From the NCBI GenBank assembly GCA_046075665.1, contig JBJTQN010000371.1:3244-67243 (forward strand): a DNA stretch of 64,000 nucleotides, in the 5' to 3' direction. A model generated the notes under the pieces. That model made no database searches. It had not been told where the DNA came from and saw only the letters and a list, made by a program, of their open reading frames with translations. This document shows, piece by piece, positions 17,946 to 27,451 of this stretch. Source of the stretch: Armatimonadota bacterium (GTDB lineage: Bacteria > Armatimonadota > Armatimonadia > Armatimonadales > Armatimonadaceae). Within the stretch, counting starts at the first letter, position 1; every line of letters starts with the position of its first letter. A program made the position numbers and the translations under genes.

Positions 17946-19472
17946 TCAGGTTATACCAACTGTTGAAGTGACAAGGGATTCTCCGGCTGTGATGTGCTCT
18001 GACTTTGGAAAAGTAATCCCTGTAGCCTGATGGATGTCTACCGCGGCATTTACCGATGTCGATCGGCCATCCTTACCTAGGTGAAGGCAAAGTGCGGATG
18101 CTGTTGCTGTGTCTGTTCGCCATGTACGTAGTGAGCGCAATGAAATGGTTCCTGATGCAACTGATATCCGTACCCTACTTGCTTCGATGTCCTTTCGGGA
18201 AGTTATCTGACCGGCAAATCCGGATGTCAAAATCGGACTGCGTACTCCAAAAGGTGTGGATGGGTTCATGTCTATTGACAAGCAGCCCGATATCCCCAAG
18301 CTTGCTGGGGATGCGTAAAGCAGTGCAAGCCACTCACACGGTATTGGGAGCGATAGGGTGCGCTCCGTGGATGGCTGAACAAGAGAGGCTGCACCAGCCG
18401 CAAGGTCTACATCCCCGGATGATGCAAAGATAGCTGCTGCCATACCGGCATCCGCGGGTAGACGGCCAGATCTGACATCCTTTGTGAGTGCAGATGCCGT
18501 ATGTTTATCAATAAGTGGGATTCGTGTTGCTGCAAATGCCAGGGCACGTGCAATGGGTGTGCTTCCAATCGGGCTCATCGCGAGCTGAGAGGCCACGACT
18601 TCGGAATTAAGCTTGGATGCAGGATGATTCGCGATAAGCCACTTCAGGACTAACCCCAATTCAGGTTGGAGCGTTGGGTGGCGGGAATCCAGTGTACTGA
18701 TGAAGTCAGCGATTGCGGTTTCGACACCCGATGTCAACACTGTCCGGCATTGCTGTATCGCGATGGCATTGGGGTCCGGTTGTGAAATTGGAAAACCAAG
18801 CAGAGCCTGAATCCAATCCGGACGGGTTGTCGAATACTGTAGCGCTGGGGCCATCGCTGTTGTTAGCCAAGTAGGGATATCACTGTCATTCAGACACTTG
18901 ACGCAGGCTGATGCATGTGCAAATTGCCGGATTATGCGCTGCGTTGGTTTTGTGCGGGAAAACACAATGCGCTGCGCCACTGGCTGTGCTGGGATAACTG
19001 TCCATCCACCCGATGTTGGAAGTGTGCCGGTGGATGCATACAAACCGCGGGTTCTGACGGCGATAGCTGCTTCCTTCGCACTGATCTCAATAGCCACTGC
19101 ACTCGCCGCATCTCTGTCCGTGAACAATGCCGGAATGACTTGTATCAAGCGGTCGGGTGTTGATTTACTCAGTATGTGAATGCTGAGCCTCGGCCAGCAC
19201 CACTTAACGAAAACTGGGAGCTGGCGCAGCGGTTTGATTGATTTGCCAACCTTGATGCCAAATTCGATTGAGTGGCCACCTTGGCGGATGACACCATCGG
19301 ATGCAATTTTCCAGCCCTCACTGATATAAATATCGCGCCACGTCCCACCAAGCAGCGATTCGAAAGTTGGATGCCCGGATGACTGGATGCTCCTTAGCCA
19401 TTGCACTGGAAATGGGTCAGTTAGCCTAGTGGGTGGGGAAACTTGGAGCACTACGTTACGCATACTGTACAT
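17946..19472 (-). CDS. Hypothetical protein (508 aa), no recognisable domain
   Basis: Uninterrupted ORF with native-like composition, lying between the trpE promoter region and parS/parA. Confidence 0.6.
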   Translation of the reverse strand: MYSMRNVVLQVSPPTRLTDPFPVQWLRSIQSSGHPTFESLLGGTWRDIYISEGWKIASDGVIRQGGHSIEFGIKVGKSIKPLRQLPVFVKWCWPRLSIHILSKSTPDRLIQVIPALFTDRDAASAVAIEISAKEAAIAVRTRGLYASTGTLPTSGGWTVIPAQPVAQRIVFSRTKPTQRIIRQFAHASACVKCLNDSDIPTWLTTAMAPALQYSTTRPDWIQALLGFPISQPDPNAIAIQQCRTVLTSGVETAIADFISTLDSRHPTLQPELGLVLKWLIANHPASKLNSEVVASQLAMSPIGSTPIARALAFAATRIPLIDKHTASALTKDVRSGRLPADAGMAAAIFASSGDVDLAAGAASLVQPSTERTLSLPIPCEWLALLYASPASLGISGCLSIDMNPSTPFGVRSPILTSGFAGQITSRKDIEASRVRISVASGTISLRSLRTWRTDTATASALCLHLGKDGRSTSVNAAVDIHQATGITFPKSEHITAGESLVTSTVGIT

Positions 19473-19525
19473 ATACCGCAGCCCCGTGGCACGTAAAGAT
19501 GGAAAAATGGTAACGTCATGGCATT

Positions 19526-19660
19526 ATGATGCGTAGCCGGATGGCCGATATCAGTAAATGGAGCTGGCGTGGCCAGCACTTTCATCACGTCTAAACGCCT
19601 CCGCTAACAGCACACCATCAGTTCACCAGTACAGGCAGGTCAGACGGACCTGCTTTTTTT
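19526..19660 (+). promoter_or_regulatory. Candidate trp leader: 22-codon ORF with a W-S-W motif plus a terminator hairpin (transcription attenuator)
   Basis: ORF 19526-19594 encodes MMRSRMADISKWSWRGQHFHHV*. A GCAGGTC-AGACG-GACCTGC hairpin plus T7 follows at 19635-19660, 11 nt before the trpE ATG. No gene ends here that would need a terminator. Confidence 0.5.
19635..19660 (+). terminator. Intrinsic terminator-like hairpin with a T7 tract in the trpE 5' leader
   Basis: 7-bp stem, 5-nt loop and seven consecutive T residues. Confidence 0.6.
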
Positions 19661-19670
19661 GTGGCAAGCT

Positions 19671-21185
19671 ATGTATTCAACCGAAATCACACCTGATCGA
19701 CAGACATTCCACCAGCTCGCAAAGGAAGGAAATGTCATCCCCATCACGCGCGAAGTGCTCGCCGATATGGAAACACCCGTATCCGTGTTCCGACGGTTTG
19801 TCGATCGGCCGAACGCATTTTTGCTCGAATCCGTCGCAGGGGGAGAGCGCCTCGCACGCTACTCATTCCTTGGGTCAGACCCTAAATGCAACATCCGGGC
19901 ACGGGGAAGCAAAATCACTTTCACTGAACGTGGAGTCGAAACTATCACGGAACTTACAGATGACGAAGAGCCGATGCAGGCTATTCAGAAGATTCTTGGA
20001 GATGTTCGATTTGTTGATCGACCGGGATTGCCACGCTTCGTCGGAGGAGCCCTTGGATATATCGGTTGGGATTGGATCAAACACCTGGAACCGATTCCAT
20101 CGACCGCAATCGATGACACAGGAGTGGATGACATCCATATGCTCCTCGTCGACACCATGGTCATCTTTGACCACGTGAAACATAGACTAATCTTTCTTAC
20201 AAATGCACACTGCCCAGCTGGCGCCGATTTGGATGAAGTCTACGACAAAGCGTGTGATGTGCTGAATAAGCTTGAAAGCGATGCGCTGGCACCACGCCCG
20301 GATGGACCAACGCGTCACGCCAAGAAGGTGGCGAATCCATCCCCCGATGGACATTGGGATATGAATCTCACACGGGATGACTACAACGAGATGATCTTAC
20401 GGGCAAAGGAATACATAACAGCCGGTGACATCATCCAAGTCGTTCTTGCACAGCGCTTTACCAGAGCTCTCAACGCAGATCCACTGGATATTTATCGAAC
20501 CCTCCGGGCGATTAATCCAAGCCCCTATATGTACTATCTCCAGTTCGATACCGGGACAACGCTTGTAGGAGCATCCCCCGAAGTCCTCGTTACGGAAGAT
20601 GACGGCAAAGTAACCATCCGGCCTATCGCTGGTACACGCCCACGCGGAATATCCCGTACTGAAGATGACCAGCTTGCCACAGAGCTGCTCGCGGATGAAA
20701 AAGAACGGGCAGAACATATCATGCTCGTGGACCTCGCACGCAATGACATTGGACGGGTATGTACGTATGGAAGCGTGCGCGTGGATGAGCTGATGGTAAT
20801 AGAACGCTACTCCCACGTGATGCATATTGTCAGCAATGTCGTCGGAGAACTTGCACCTGACCGCAATGCGTTTGATCTGTTAAGGGCAACCTTTCCCGCA
20901 GGTACCCTCTCTGGTGCGCCAAAGGTTCGGGCGATGCAGATCATTGATGAACTTGAGCCCTGTCGGCGAGGAACATACGGAGGCGCAATCGGCTATCTTT
21001 CCTATAAAGGCTCGTTTGATGCTTGTATTACGCTACGAACGGCGCTGATTCGGGATGGTCTTGTACACGTTCAGGCAGGTGGAGGAATCGTTGCCGACTC
21101 TGTCGCTGATACGGAGTACATGGAGACCGTCAACAAGAGCGGTGCCATTCGACGGGCTGTTGAACTGGCGGAAAAAGGGCTGTAA
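19671..21185 (+). CDS. trpE: Anthranilate synthase component I
   Basis: LESVAGGERLARYSF, the chorismate-binding domain and GGAIGY near the C-terminus. ATG at 19671 is preferred to TTG at 19659. Confidence 0.9.
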   Translation: MYSTEITPDRQTFHQLAKEGNVIPITREVLADMETPVSVFRRFVDRPNAFLLESVAGGERLARYSFLGSDPKCNIRARGSKITFTERGVETITELTDDEEPMQAIQKILGDVRFVDRPGLPRFVGGALGYIGWDWIKHLEPIPSTAIDDTGVDDIHMLLVDTMVIFDHVKHRLIFLTNAHCPAGADLDEVYDKACDVLNKLESDALAPRPDGPTRHAKKVANPSPDGHWDMNLTRDDYNEMILRAKEYITAGDIIQVVLAQRFTRALNADPLDIYRTLRAINPSPYMYYLQFDTGTTLVGASPEVLVTEDDGKVTIRPIAGTRPRGISRTEDDQLATELLADEKERAEHIMLVDLARNDIGRVCTYGSVRVDELMVIERYSHVMHIVSNVVGELAPDRNAFDLLRATFPAGTLSGAPKVRAMQIIDELEPCRRGTYGGAIGYLSYKGSFDACITLRTALIRDGLVHVQAGGGIVADSVADTEYMETVNKSGAIRRAVELAEKGL

Positions 21186-21193
21186 CGCAGGAA

Positions 21194-21559
21194 ATGAATA
21201 AACGACGGCGCATTCTCCCTGATCGACAACGCCCACAGCTGGACTCGAATGACCTTCAACGCTTAGGACAACTGATCTCAAGGCGAATGGTGATGACTTG
21301 CCCAGGGTGTAGTGACATTCTTAGGCCAACATGTGAGGGCGGTGAACTCCAAATCGGCTCAAGTCCGGATATGACGGGAGTAGATAGCAGCCAGCAAAGA
21401 AAGCCACGTTTGATTTTTCAGTGCAAGAGATGCTTTCGAATCGCAGGCTGGGTTCAAGGGGATGTTTGGGCTCAGGAATTTGACCTTGAGGATGACGAGT
21501 CCCGTTGGGATCACCTCGAACTGGATGATCACCCTAACGGAAACCGACAGGCGCCATAG
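21194..21559 (+). CDS. Hypothetical zinc-ribbon protein (121 aa)
   Basis: CPGC...x39...CKRC cysteine pairs. Tightly packed, 8 nt after the trpE stop and 1 nt before the next ATG. Confidence 0.5.
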   Translation: MNKRRRILPDRQRPQLDSNDLQRLGQLISRRMVMTCPGCSDILRPTCEGGELQIGSSPDMTGVDSSQQRKPRLIFQCKRCFRIAGWVQGDVWAQEFDLEDDESRWDHLELDDHPNGNRQAP

Positions 21560-21560
21560 C

Positions 21561-21884
21561 ATGAATACACGAAAAATCGTAATCTTCCGCTCTCGAAAGA
21601 CAGGTCTACAGCCGGATGCGTATAACATCACGGCATCGCAGATGTCACACCTTGTAACATCCATTCCTGGCTACATCAGTCATAAAACCTTTCACCATCC
21701 GGATGGCGAATCTTTGACATTGGGTGAGTTCGAATCGTTGGATGCAATACATGAGTGGGGTAATCATCCTGACCATCAGGTTGCACAAGCGATAGGACAG
21801 CAGCACTGGTACGAAACCTACGAACTAACCATCTGTGATATTCACTCCCGGCGCACATTCAACCGTGATGAGGCAATGCAATGA
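21561..21884 (+). CDS. ABM (antibiotic biosynthesis monooxygenase-like) domain protein
   Basis: 107 aa. PGYISHKTF...[16 protein letters not shown] fits the ABM ferredoxin-like fold pattern. Its stop overlaps the trpG ATG (ATGA). Confidence 0.55.
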   Translation: MNTRKIVIFRSRKTGLQPDAYNITASQMSHLVTSIPGYISHKTFHHPDGESLTLGEFESLDAIHEWGNHPDHQVAQAIGQQHWYETYELTICDIHSRRTFNRDEAMQ

Positions 21885-22453
21885 TCTTTGTTATCGACAA
21901 TTATGACTCCTTCACGTACAACATCGTCCATTACCTTGGTGAACTTGGCGCTGACCTAGTCATCAAACGCAATGACCAGATCACGGTGGATGAAATCATC
22001 AATCTTGCGCCATCCCATCTCCTTGTTTCCCCTGGCCCGTGCTCGCCGACCGAGGCAGGGATATCCGTTGAGGCAATCACGCGCTGTGCCGGACTCTTTC
22101 CTATTCTCGGTGTCTGTCTTGGGCATCAGTCGATCGGACAGGCATTCGGAGGCAAAATCATACGTGCTGGGCGCTTGATGCATGGAAAAACCAGCCAAAT
22201 CCAGCACGTAGATTCCGGCGTTTTTCATGGGATGCCGAATCCCTTCACAGCAACACGCTACCATTCGCTCACTATCGAGCAAGCCAGTCTTCCACAGTGC
22301 CTTGAAGTAACTGCGACAGCCACGGATGATGGTGAAATCATGGGCGTTCGTCACCGTAGTTTGCCCATCGAAGGAGTACAGTTCCACCCTGAGAGCGTGC
22401 TTACCCAAGAAGGCATGCGGCTGTTAGGAAACTTCCTAAAGCAACGCTGCTAG
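21881..22453 (+). CDS. trpG: Anthranilate synthase component II (glutamine amidotransferase)
   Basis: [23 protein letters not shown] (catalytic Cys) and FHPES. Confidence 0.9.
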   Translation: MIFVIDNYDSFTYNIVHYLGELGADLVIKRNDQITVDEIINLAPSHLLVSPGPCSPTEAGISVEAITRCAGLFPILGVCLGHQSIGQAFGGKIIRAGRLMHGKTSQIQHVDSGVFHGMPNPFTATRYHSLTIEQASLPQCLEVTATATDDGEIMGVRHRSLPIEGVQFHPESVLTQEGMRLLGNFLKQRC

Positions 22454-22497
22454 GATTCGAATCAATATCGGGTGGCTTGCATGTATTTTTTGTGGAC

Positions 22498-22537
22498 GTG
22501 GCTCCTCAGGGACAACATCACGTCCCTACGGAGCCAC
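22498..22537. terminator. Long imperfect hairpin between the convergent trpG and trpC
   Basis: GTGGCTCC-tca-GGGAC-aacatcac-GTCCC-tac-GGAGCCAC. No clean downstream T-tract on either strand. Confidence 0.4.
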
Positions 22538-22548
22538 AACGCTTTGAA

Positions 22549-23349
22549 TTACGTCGCTAGTAATTGCTTTGTGGCAGCACGGATGTCATCCTGGCGCATC
22601 AAAGCCTCACCTACCAAAATTGCATCAGCACCGGCGGTAACGACAGTCTTCAAATCGTCATTTGTGAGAATGCCGGATTCTGCTACCGCCGTGACTCCAT
22701 CACCAAAATGGCCAGCCAGTTTGGCAAAAGTACCCAAATCCACACTGAAGTCATGGAGATTCCGATTGTTTACGCCTATCAGTGTCGCACCTGATGCAAG
22801 AGCAATAGCCACCTCTTCCTCATCGTGCACCTCGACCAGAGCATCCATTCCAAGGCTCTCAGCGACCGTTCTAAGCTCAGCAAGCCTTGCTGCACTTGGC
22901 GTGGCTGCAACAATCAACAAAACTGCATCCGCACCAAGCACCCGCGCTTCATAAATCTGAACTGGATCAATAATGAAGTCTTTGCGGATGAGAGGAAGCG
23001 AAACAACATCCCGAACCAGCTGAAGGTTATCCGGGCTACCTTGAAAGTAGGACACATCCGTGAGGACACTTAGGCATGTCGCTCCACCTTCCTCATAGCT
23101 CTTTGCAATGACAACCGGGTCAAAATCCGCTCGAATGACACCTTTGCTCGGGCTGGCTTTTTTGATTTCGGCAATCAAGGCACAGGGAGGCCCTGCGGCC
23201 TCAATGGCCCGGCGGAATCCCCGTGTTGCTGGCATCGCCAACGCTCGCTCCATCAGAAGCACTTTATCTGGTACGGATGCTTTCAATGGAGCGATTTCTT
23301 CTCGCTTCGTTGCAATAATTCGGTCCAATACCGTTGGAATCGTACTCAT
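22549..23349 (-). CDS. trpC: Indole-3-glycerol phosphate synthase
   Basis: ILDRIIATKREEI, EIKKASPSKG and RKDFIIDPVQI motifs. Confidence 0.9.
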   Translation of the reverse strand: MSTIPTVLDRIIATKREEIAPLKASVPDKVLLMERALAMPATRGFRRAIEAAGPPCALIAEIKKASPSKGVIRADFDPVVIAKSYEEGGATCLSVLTDVSYFQGSPDNLQLVRDVVSLPLIRKDFIIDPVQIYEARVLGADAVLLIVAATPSAARLAELRTVAESLGMDALVEVHDEEEVAIALASGATLIGVNNRNLHDFSVDLGTFAKLAGHFGDGVTAVAESGILTNDDLKTVVTAGADAILVGEALMRQDDIRAATKQLLAT

Positions 23350-24377
23350 CCGCGGGACAATCGATTCGTAAGCTCAATCAGTTCCTGCAGCTTTGAAAGC
23401 GCAGCACCCGACTTAATCGCATCCTGAGCCATCCGAACACCTTCCACCAATGTGCTCGTCTTGCCTGAAACCAATAGTCCGGCACCAGCATTGATTGCAA
23501 TCAAATCCGTACGGGCGCGGTCACTTCCACTGAAGACACGCTGCAAAATCTCGGCATTCTCCTCAGCATTCTCACCGGCCGATACCTCTTCTGGAGAACT
23601 TTCAACGATTCCAACATCCCCAGGCACCAAATATCCAGTGGTGACAATCCCACCCACCAACTCTGCTAAGAAAGTGCGCCCGAAGGTGGATATCTCATCG
23701 ATGCCAGCTTCACCATGCACAACCAATGCGTGGATGCAGCCGAGCGAATCCATCACGTGCGCCAGCTGCTCACAGAGACTGGTGTGGTACACACCAAGCA
23801 CCTGACGCTGCGCACCTGCAGGGTTTGTCAGTGGACCAAGTACATTGAAGACAGTCCGGAAACCAAGCTCTGCACGCACTGATGCAGCATGCCGCATCGC
23901 TGGATGCAGGTTACGGGCAAAGAGAAACCCGATACCGATGGTGTCAACACAGTAGCCTACCTGCTCGGATGTCAGGTCCATGGCGACACCAAGGGCTTCA
24001 AGGACATCGGCTGAGCCTGCCTTACTCGTAACTGCACGGTTTCCGTGCTTAGCGACCGCGACCCCACACGCGGCACTGACAATTGCCGCCCCAGTCGAGA
24101 TGTTAAACGTCTTTATGACATCCCCACCAGTACCGCAAGTGTCAATGAGATTGTCACGATGCGATGGGACCTTGACTGCACGCGCACGCATCGCTTTTGC
24201 AAAGCCTGCAATCTCATCCACCGTCTCGCCACGTACACGGAGGCCCGCAAGTAATGCCCCAATCTGGGCATTACTTGCTTCACCATCCATGATCACACCC
24301 ATGGCATCCATGGCTTCCTGCTGCGTAAGGGGAATTCCCGAAATCACACGCTCAAGAGCAATCTGAATCGGTGACAT
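23346..24377 (-). CDS. trpD: Anthranilate phosphoribosyltransferase
   Basis: DTCGTGGD, KHGNRAVTSKAGSADVLEALG. 4-nt overlap with trpC. Confidence 0.9.
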   Translation of the reverse strand: MSPIQIALERVISGIPLTQQEAMDAMGVIMDGEASNAQIGALLAGLRVRGETVDEIAGFAKAMRARAVKVPSHRDNLIDTCGTGGDVIKTFNISTGAAIVSAACGVAVAKHGNRAVTSKAGSADVLEALGVAMDLTSEQVGYCVDTIGIGFLFARNLHPAMRHAASVRAELGFRTVFNVLGPLTNPAGAQRQVLGVYHTSLCEQLAHVMDSLGCIHALVVHGEAGIDEISTFGRTFLAELVGGIVTTGYLVPGDVGIVESSPEEVSAGENAEENAEILQRVFSGSDRARTDLIAINAGAGLLVSGKTSTLVEGVRMAQDAIKSGAALSKLQELIELTNRLSRG

Positions 24378-24378
24378 C

Positions 24379-26250
24379 TCAAGCTTCCTTCACCGGTGCG
24401 ATTGGCGCAAGTAATCGCTCGCGGACCTCATGTAATAAGTCATCGACGAATTGATCGACAGAGCGACCGCCCATGTCCCCTAACTCTCTGTGTCGGACAG
24501 AGACGCTGCCGGCCGCGATGTCACGGTCACCGATCACGATGAGATACGGGATGCGTGCTACCTGACCCTCAGCAACCTTCTTTCCAGTCTTTTCTGAGCG
24601 GGAATCGACTGTTGCACGGATACCCAAGCCAACCAGACGGGTCTTTAGCGCTTCACACCACTCGGCATGGCGATCTGCAATTGGGAGAATACGTACTTGC
24701 TCAGGTGCCAGCCATGTCGGGAACGAACCCGCAAAGTGCTCAATCAAGACGCCAACAAAGCGCTCCATGGAGCCAAATGGCGCACGGTGAATCATTACTG
24801 GACGATGCGGCATGCTGTCAGCACCCGTATAGGACAGATCAAACCGTACCGGGAGGTTGTAGTCGACCTGAACGGTACCGAGCTGCCACTCACGACCGAT
24901 GACATCCTGGACCACGAAGTCAATCTTCGGGCCGTAGAATGCTGCTTCACCAGGCTCCTCTGAGAACGGTACGCCAAGCGTCTGAGCCGCCTCACGGCAC
25001 GCAGCCTCCGCTTTGTCCCAGTTCGCTGGATCGCCGACGTACTTTGTCGAGTCCGGGTCACGAAGGCCAACGCGTACACGGAAGTCTGTCATACCCAGCG
25101 TGCCAAAAATGGTCTTTACAAGCTGCAGGCATCCCTGAATCTCACTAGGGACTTGCTCCTCAGTACAGAAAAGGTGGGCATCATCTTGCGTAAATCCACG
25201 GACACGCGTCATCCCATTCAGCTCACCAGACTGCTCCCAGCGGTAAACCGTTCCAAACTCGGCAAGGCGAATCGGAAGGTCTCGGTAACTATGACGCTGG
25301 CTGGCAAATATCTTAATGTGATGCGGACAGTTCATCGGCTTCAGGAGATAGCCGTCCACATCGCCATCCGAGAGCTTGTTACTCAGCTCACCACACGTAC
25401 ACCCTTCATCCGCAAGGTCTGCCAAGTAGTCACGCTGAACCAGCGGTGGATACTGGCTCTCAGCGTAATACGGGAAGTGCCCACTGGTCTTGTACAGCTC
25501 AAGACGCCCGATATGCGGCGTGTAGACCTGGTCATAACCCTGTTTACGGAGCTCATTTGAGATAAAGCTCTGTAACTCGGTTCGAAGCGCTCCTCCAGCC
25601 GGGGTCCATAAAATGAGCCCCTGACCAACTGTTTCATCAATATGGAAGAGCTTGAGATGCTTGCCAACGACACGATGATCACGGCGCTTCGCTTCCTCGA
25701 GTTTGATGAGATAGGCGTCCAGCTCATCCTGTGTCTCAAATGCAACGCCATACACACGGGTCAACTGCTCATTCTCAGCCTTCCCACGCCAATATGCGCC
25801 AGCAATAGACATCAGCTTAAATGCGCCGATCTTGCCTGTCGATTCTACGTGCGGTCCCTTACACAAGTCGATGAAGTCGCCCTGCTGATAAAAGGAAATC
25901 TCAGCTTCATCCGGGAGGTCATCGATCAGCCGAACCTTAAGCACCTGCTCCAAGGATTCACAGCGTTTTCGTGCTTCCTCACGTGGCTCCGACCAACGGA
26001 CTAACGGCAGGTCGGCCTTAACAATTTCACGCATTCTGGCTTCGATCGCCGGGAAGTCATCCTCAGAGAGGTGCTCAGGTAACTGAAAATCGTAGAAAAA
26101 ACCATTGTCAATGACCGGGCCGACGCCCATCTGGGCAGCTGGCATACGCTCACGAATTGCCTGAGCAAGGACGTGCGCCGTCGTGTGGCGCATGCGGGAA
26201 ATGAAATCGGATGGCGATGAAAGCTCATCCACGGACGAAGTGTGGGACAT
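24379..26250 (-). CDS. thrS: Threonine--tRNA ligase (lacks the N-terminal TGS domain)
   Basis: Editing-domain HTTAH and CKGPH motifs begin at residue ~21. The class II core and anticodon-binding domain follow. The stop is 1 nt from the trpD ATG. Confidence 0.9.
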   Translation of the reverse strand: MSHTSSVDELSSPSDFISRMRHTTAHVLAQAIRERMPAAQMGVGPVIDNGFFYDFQLPEHLSEDDFPAIEARMREIVKADLPLVRWSEPREEARKRCESLEQVLKVRLIDDLPDEAEISFYQQGDFIDLCKGPHVESTGKIGAFKLMSIAGAYWRGKAENEQLTRVYGVAFETQDELDAYLIKLEEAKRRDHRVVGKHLKLFHIDETVGQGLILWTPAGGALRTELQSFISNELRKQGYDQVYTPHIGRLELYKTSGHFPYYAESQYPPLVQRDYLADLADEGCTCGELSNKLSDGDVDGYLLKPMNCPHHIKIFASQRHSYRDLPIRLAEFGTVYRWEQSGELNGMTRVRGFTQDDAHLFCTEEQVPSEIQGCLQLVKTIFGTLGMTDFRVRVGLRDPDSTKYVGDPANWDKAEAACREAAQTLGVPFSEEPGEAAFYGPKIDFVVQDVIGREWQLGTVQVDYNLPVRFDLSYTGADSMPHRPVMIHRAPFGSMERFVGVLIEHFAGSFPTWLAPEQVRILPIADRHAEWCEALKTRLVGLGIRATVDSRSEKTGKKVAEGQVARIPYLIVIGDRDIAAGSVSVRHRELGDMGGRSVDQFVDDLLHEVRERLLAPIAPVKEA

Positions 26251-26350
26251 TCTAACGGTCTCCCTTACAAGAGGATGAGTTTAGAATATCACGGTGGTGG
26301 GAGACAGAAATTTGACCAATCTGCACCCACCACATGTTGACAAATTGAGA

Positions 26351-27340
26351 TCAGTCGAGCGTCACATCTGCCCAGACAATACGCCGACGCTTCCACGTGT
26401 ACACTGCCGTGACCTTGTTTGGTCCACTTGTTTCAATCGTTGGATAGCTAAATTCGGATTGTGGCTCCGTTTCAAGATCGTATGCCTTGGTGAATGTTTC
26501 CCCGTTGTCTTTCGATACGAGAATACTGATCGGGGAGCGATCTGGCCAAGTGCCACGGGGGATGGGATTGCAACATAGGACAACACGGCCATCCGGGAGT
26601 GTACAAACATCCACTCCACTGTTGTTGTGGGGAACAGGAATGCGCCGAAGCGGTGACCATGTACGGCCATCATCAGATGAATCCGAGCGACCTAGCCATC
26701 CACTTGTTGTCCGACATAACATGTGAATCTGGCCAGCTCCGGACTCCCAAAGCGCTGGCTGAATCGCTCCAGGATCCGGAAACTGGGATGGATTTCTCTC
26801 AATCCATTTCGTGGATGCCCATGACTTGCCGTGATCTGTAGACCGGTCGACGAAGACATCCCACTTTGCATCAGTTGCTTCATCAGATGCCGTCTCGATA
26901 CTTGCGCCAGCAAGCCAAATCCCTGAGCGCGTCACTAGAATTGGGTTTTTGACTGGACCCCGTCCTCCGATGTCTCCTACTACCAGCTCTGTCGGCCGGC
27001 TCCAGGAACGGCCATCATTTTCTGATGTCTGCACCATGGTGCGCCAAACGGGGACGTTTGCCCCGACTTTGAACCATAAGTGCAGTCGTCCTGAATTGTC
27101 TCGGTGGAGAACGGGGTTCCAGTGAGCCTCTGAACCGTAGGCTGCGACAACTTTTGGAGTACTCCAGACACCCTCCGGCGACCGCTGCGATCCCCAGATG
27201 CGAACATCCGGGTGGCGCTCGTGCATGCCTGCAAACCACACCACATACCATCCACCATCACCTGTTCTACACAGACTGGATGCATGGCATTCCGCAAACG
27301 GAACATCGGATGTGTCGAAGAGAAACTCTTTAGTGAACAT
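26351..27340 (-). CDS. BNR/Asp-box repeat protein (sialidase/GH33-like beta-propeller)
   Basis: Four Asp-boxes: SENDGRSWS, STDHGKSWA, SSDDGRTWS, SKDNGETF. Internal ATG at 27340 (MFTKEFLF...) chosen. Confidence 0.7.
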   Translation of the reverse strand: MFTKEFLFDTSDVPFAECHASSLCRTGDGGWYVVWFAGMHERHPDVRIWGSQRSPEGVWSTPKVVAAYGSEAHWNPVLHRDNSGRLHLWFKVGANVPVWRTMVQTSENDGRSWSRPTELVVGDIGGRGPVKNPILVTRSGIWLAGASIETASDEATDAKWDVFVDRSTDHGKSWASTKWIERNPSQFPDPGAIQPALWESGAGQIHMLCRTTSGWLGRSDSSDDGRTWSPLRRIPVPHNNSGVDVCTLPDGRVVLCCNPIPRGTWPDRSPISILVSKDNGETFTKAYDLETEPQSEFSYPTIETSGPNKVTAVYTWKRRRIVWADVTLD

Positions 27341-27451
27341 GCCTATCGGTTCAGCAGGCGGTGGCTGCCTTCCTGCATCCGCACAACAAGTTTCCCGAGG
27401 GACTGGGAACAGATATCGTTGTCGGCGCATTGATTGCAGCCACCACAATGC

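Noticed and set aside
19558-20178. 206-aa plus-strand ORF that starts in the trpE leader and overlaps trpE.
   Set aside because: It is out of frame with the clearly homologous TrpE sequence and has low-complexity, non-protein-like content. It is a shadow ORF.
20167-20182. parS-like half site CCACGTGAAACA inside trpE.
   Set aside because: Only the right half matches. The left half has 4 mismatches to TGTTTCAC, so it is unlikely to bind ParB specifically.
22451-22470. GGATTCGAATC just after the trpG stop, considered as a possible tRNA fragment or att site.
   Set aside because: There are no complementary stem arms or cloverleaf around it, and no integrase nearby.
26294-26333. Hairpin GTGGTGGG...CCCACCAC in the 100-nt gap upstream of thrS, considered as a T-box or a ThrRS operator mimic.
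   Set aside because: It is far too short for a T-box and has no specifier or T-box sequence. It is equally well explained as the terminator of the upstream BNR gene, and I cannot distinguish these by eye.
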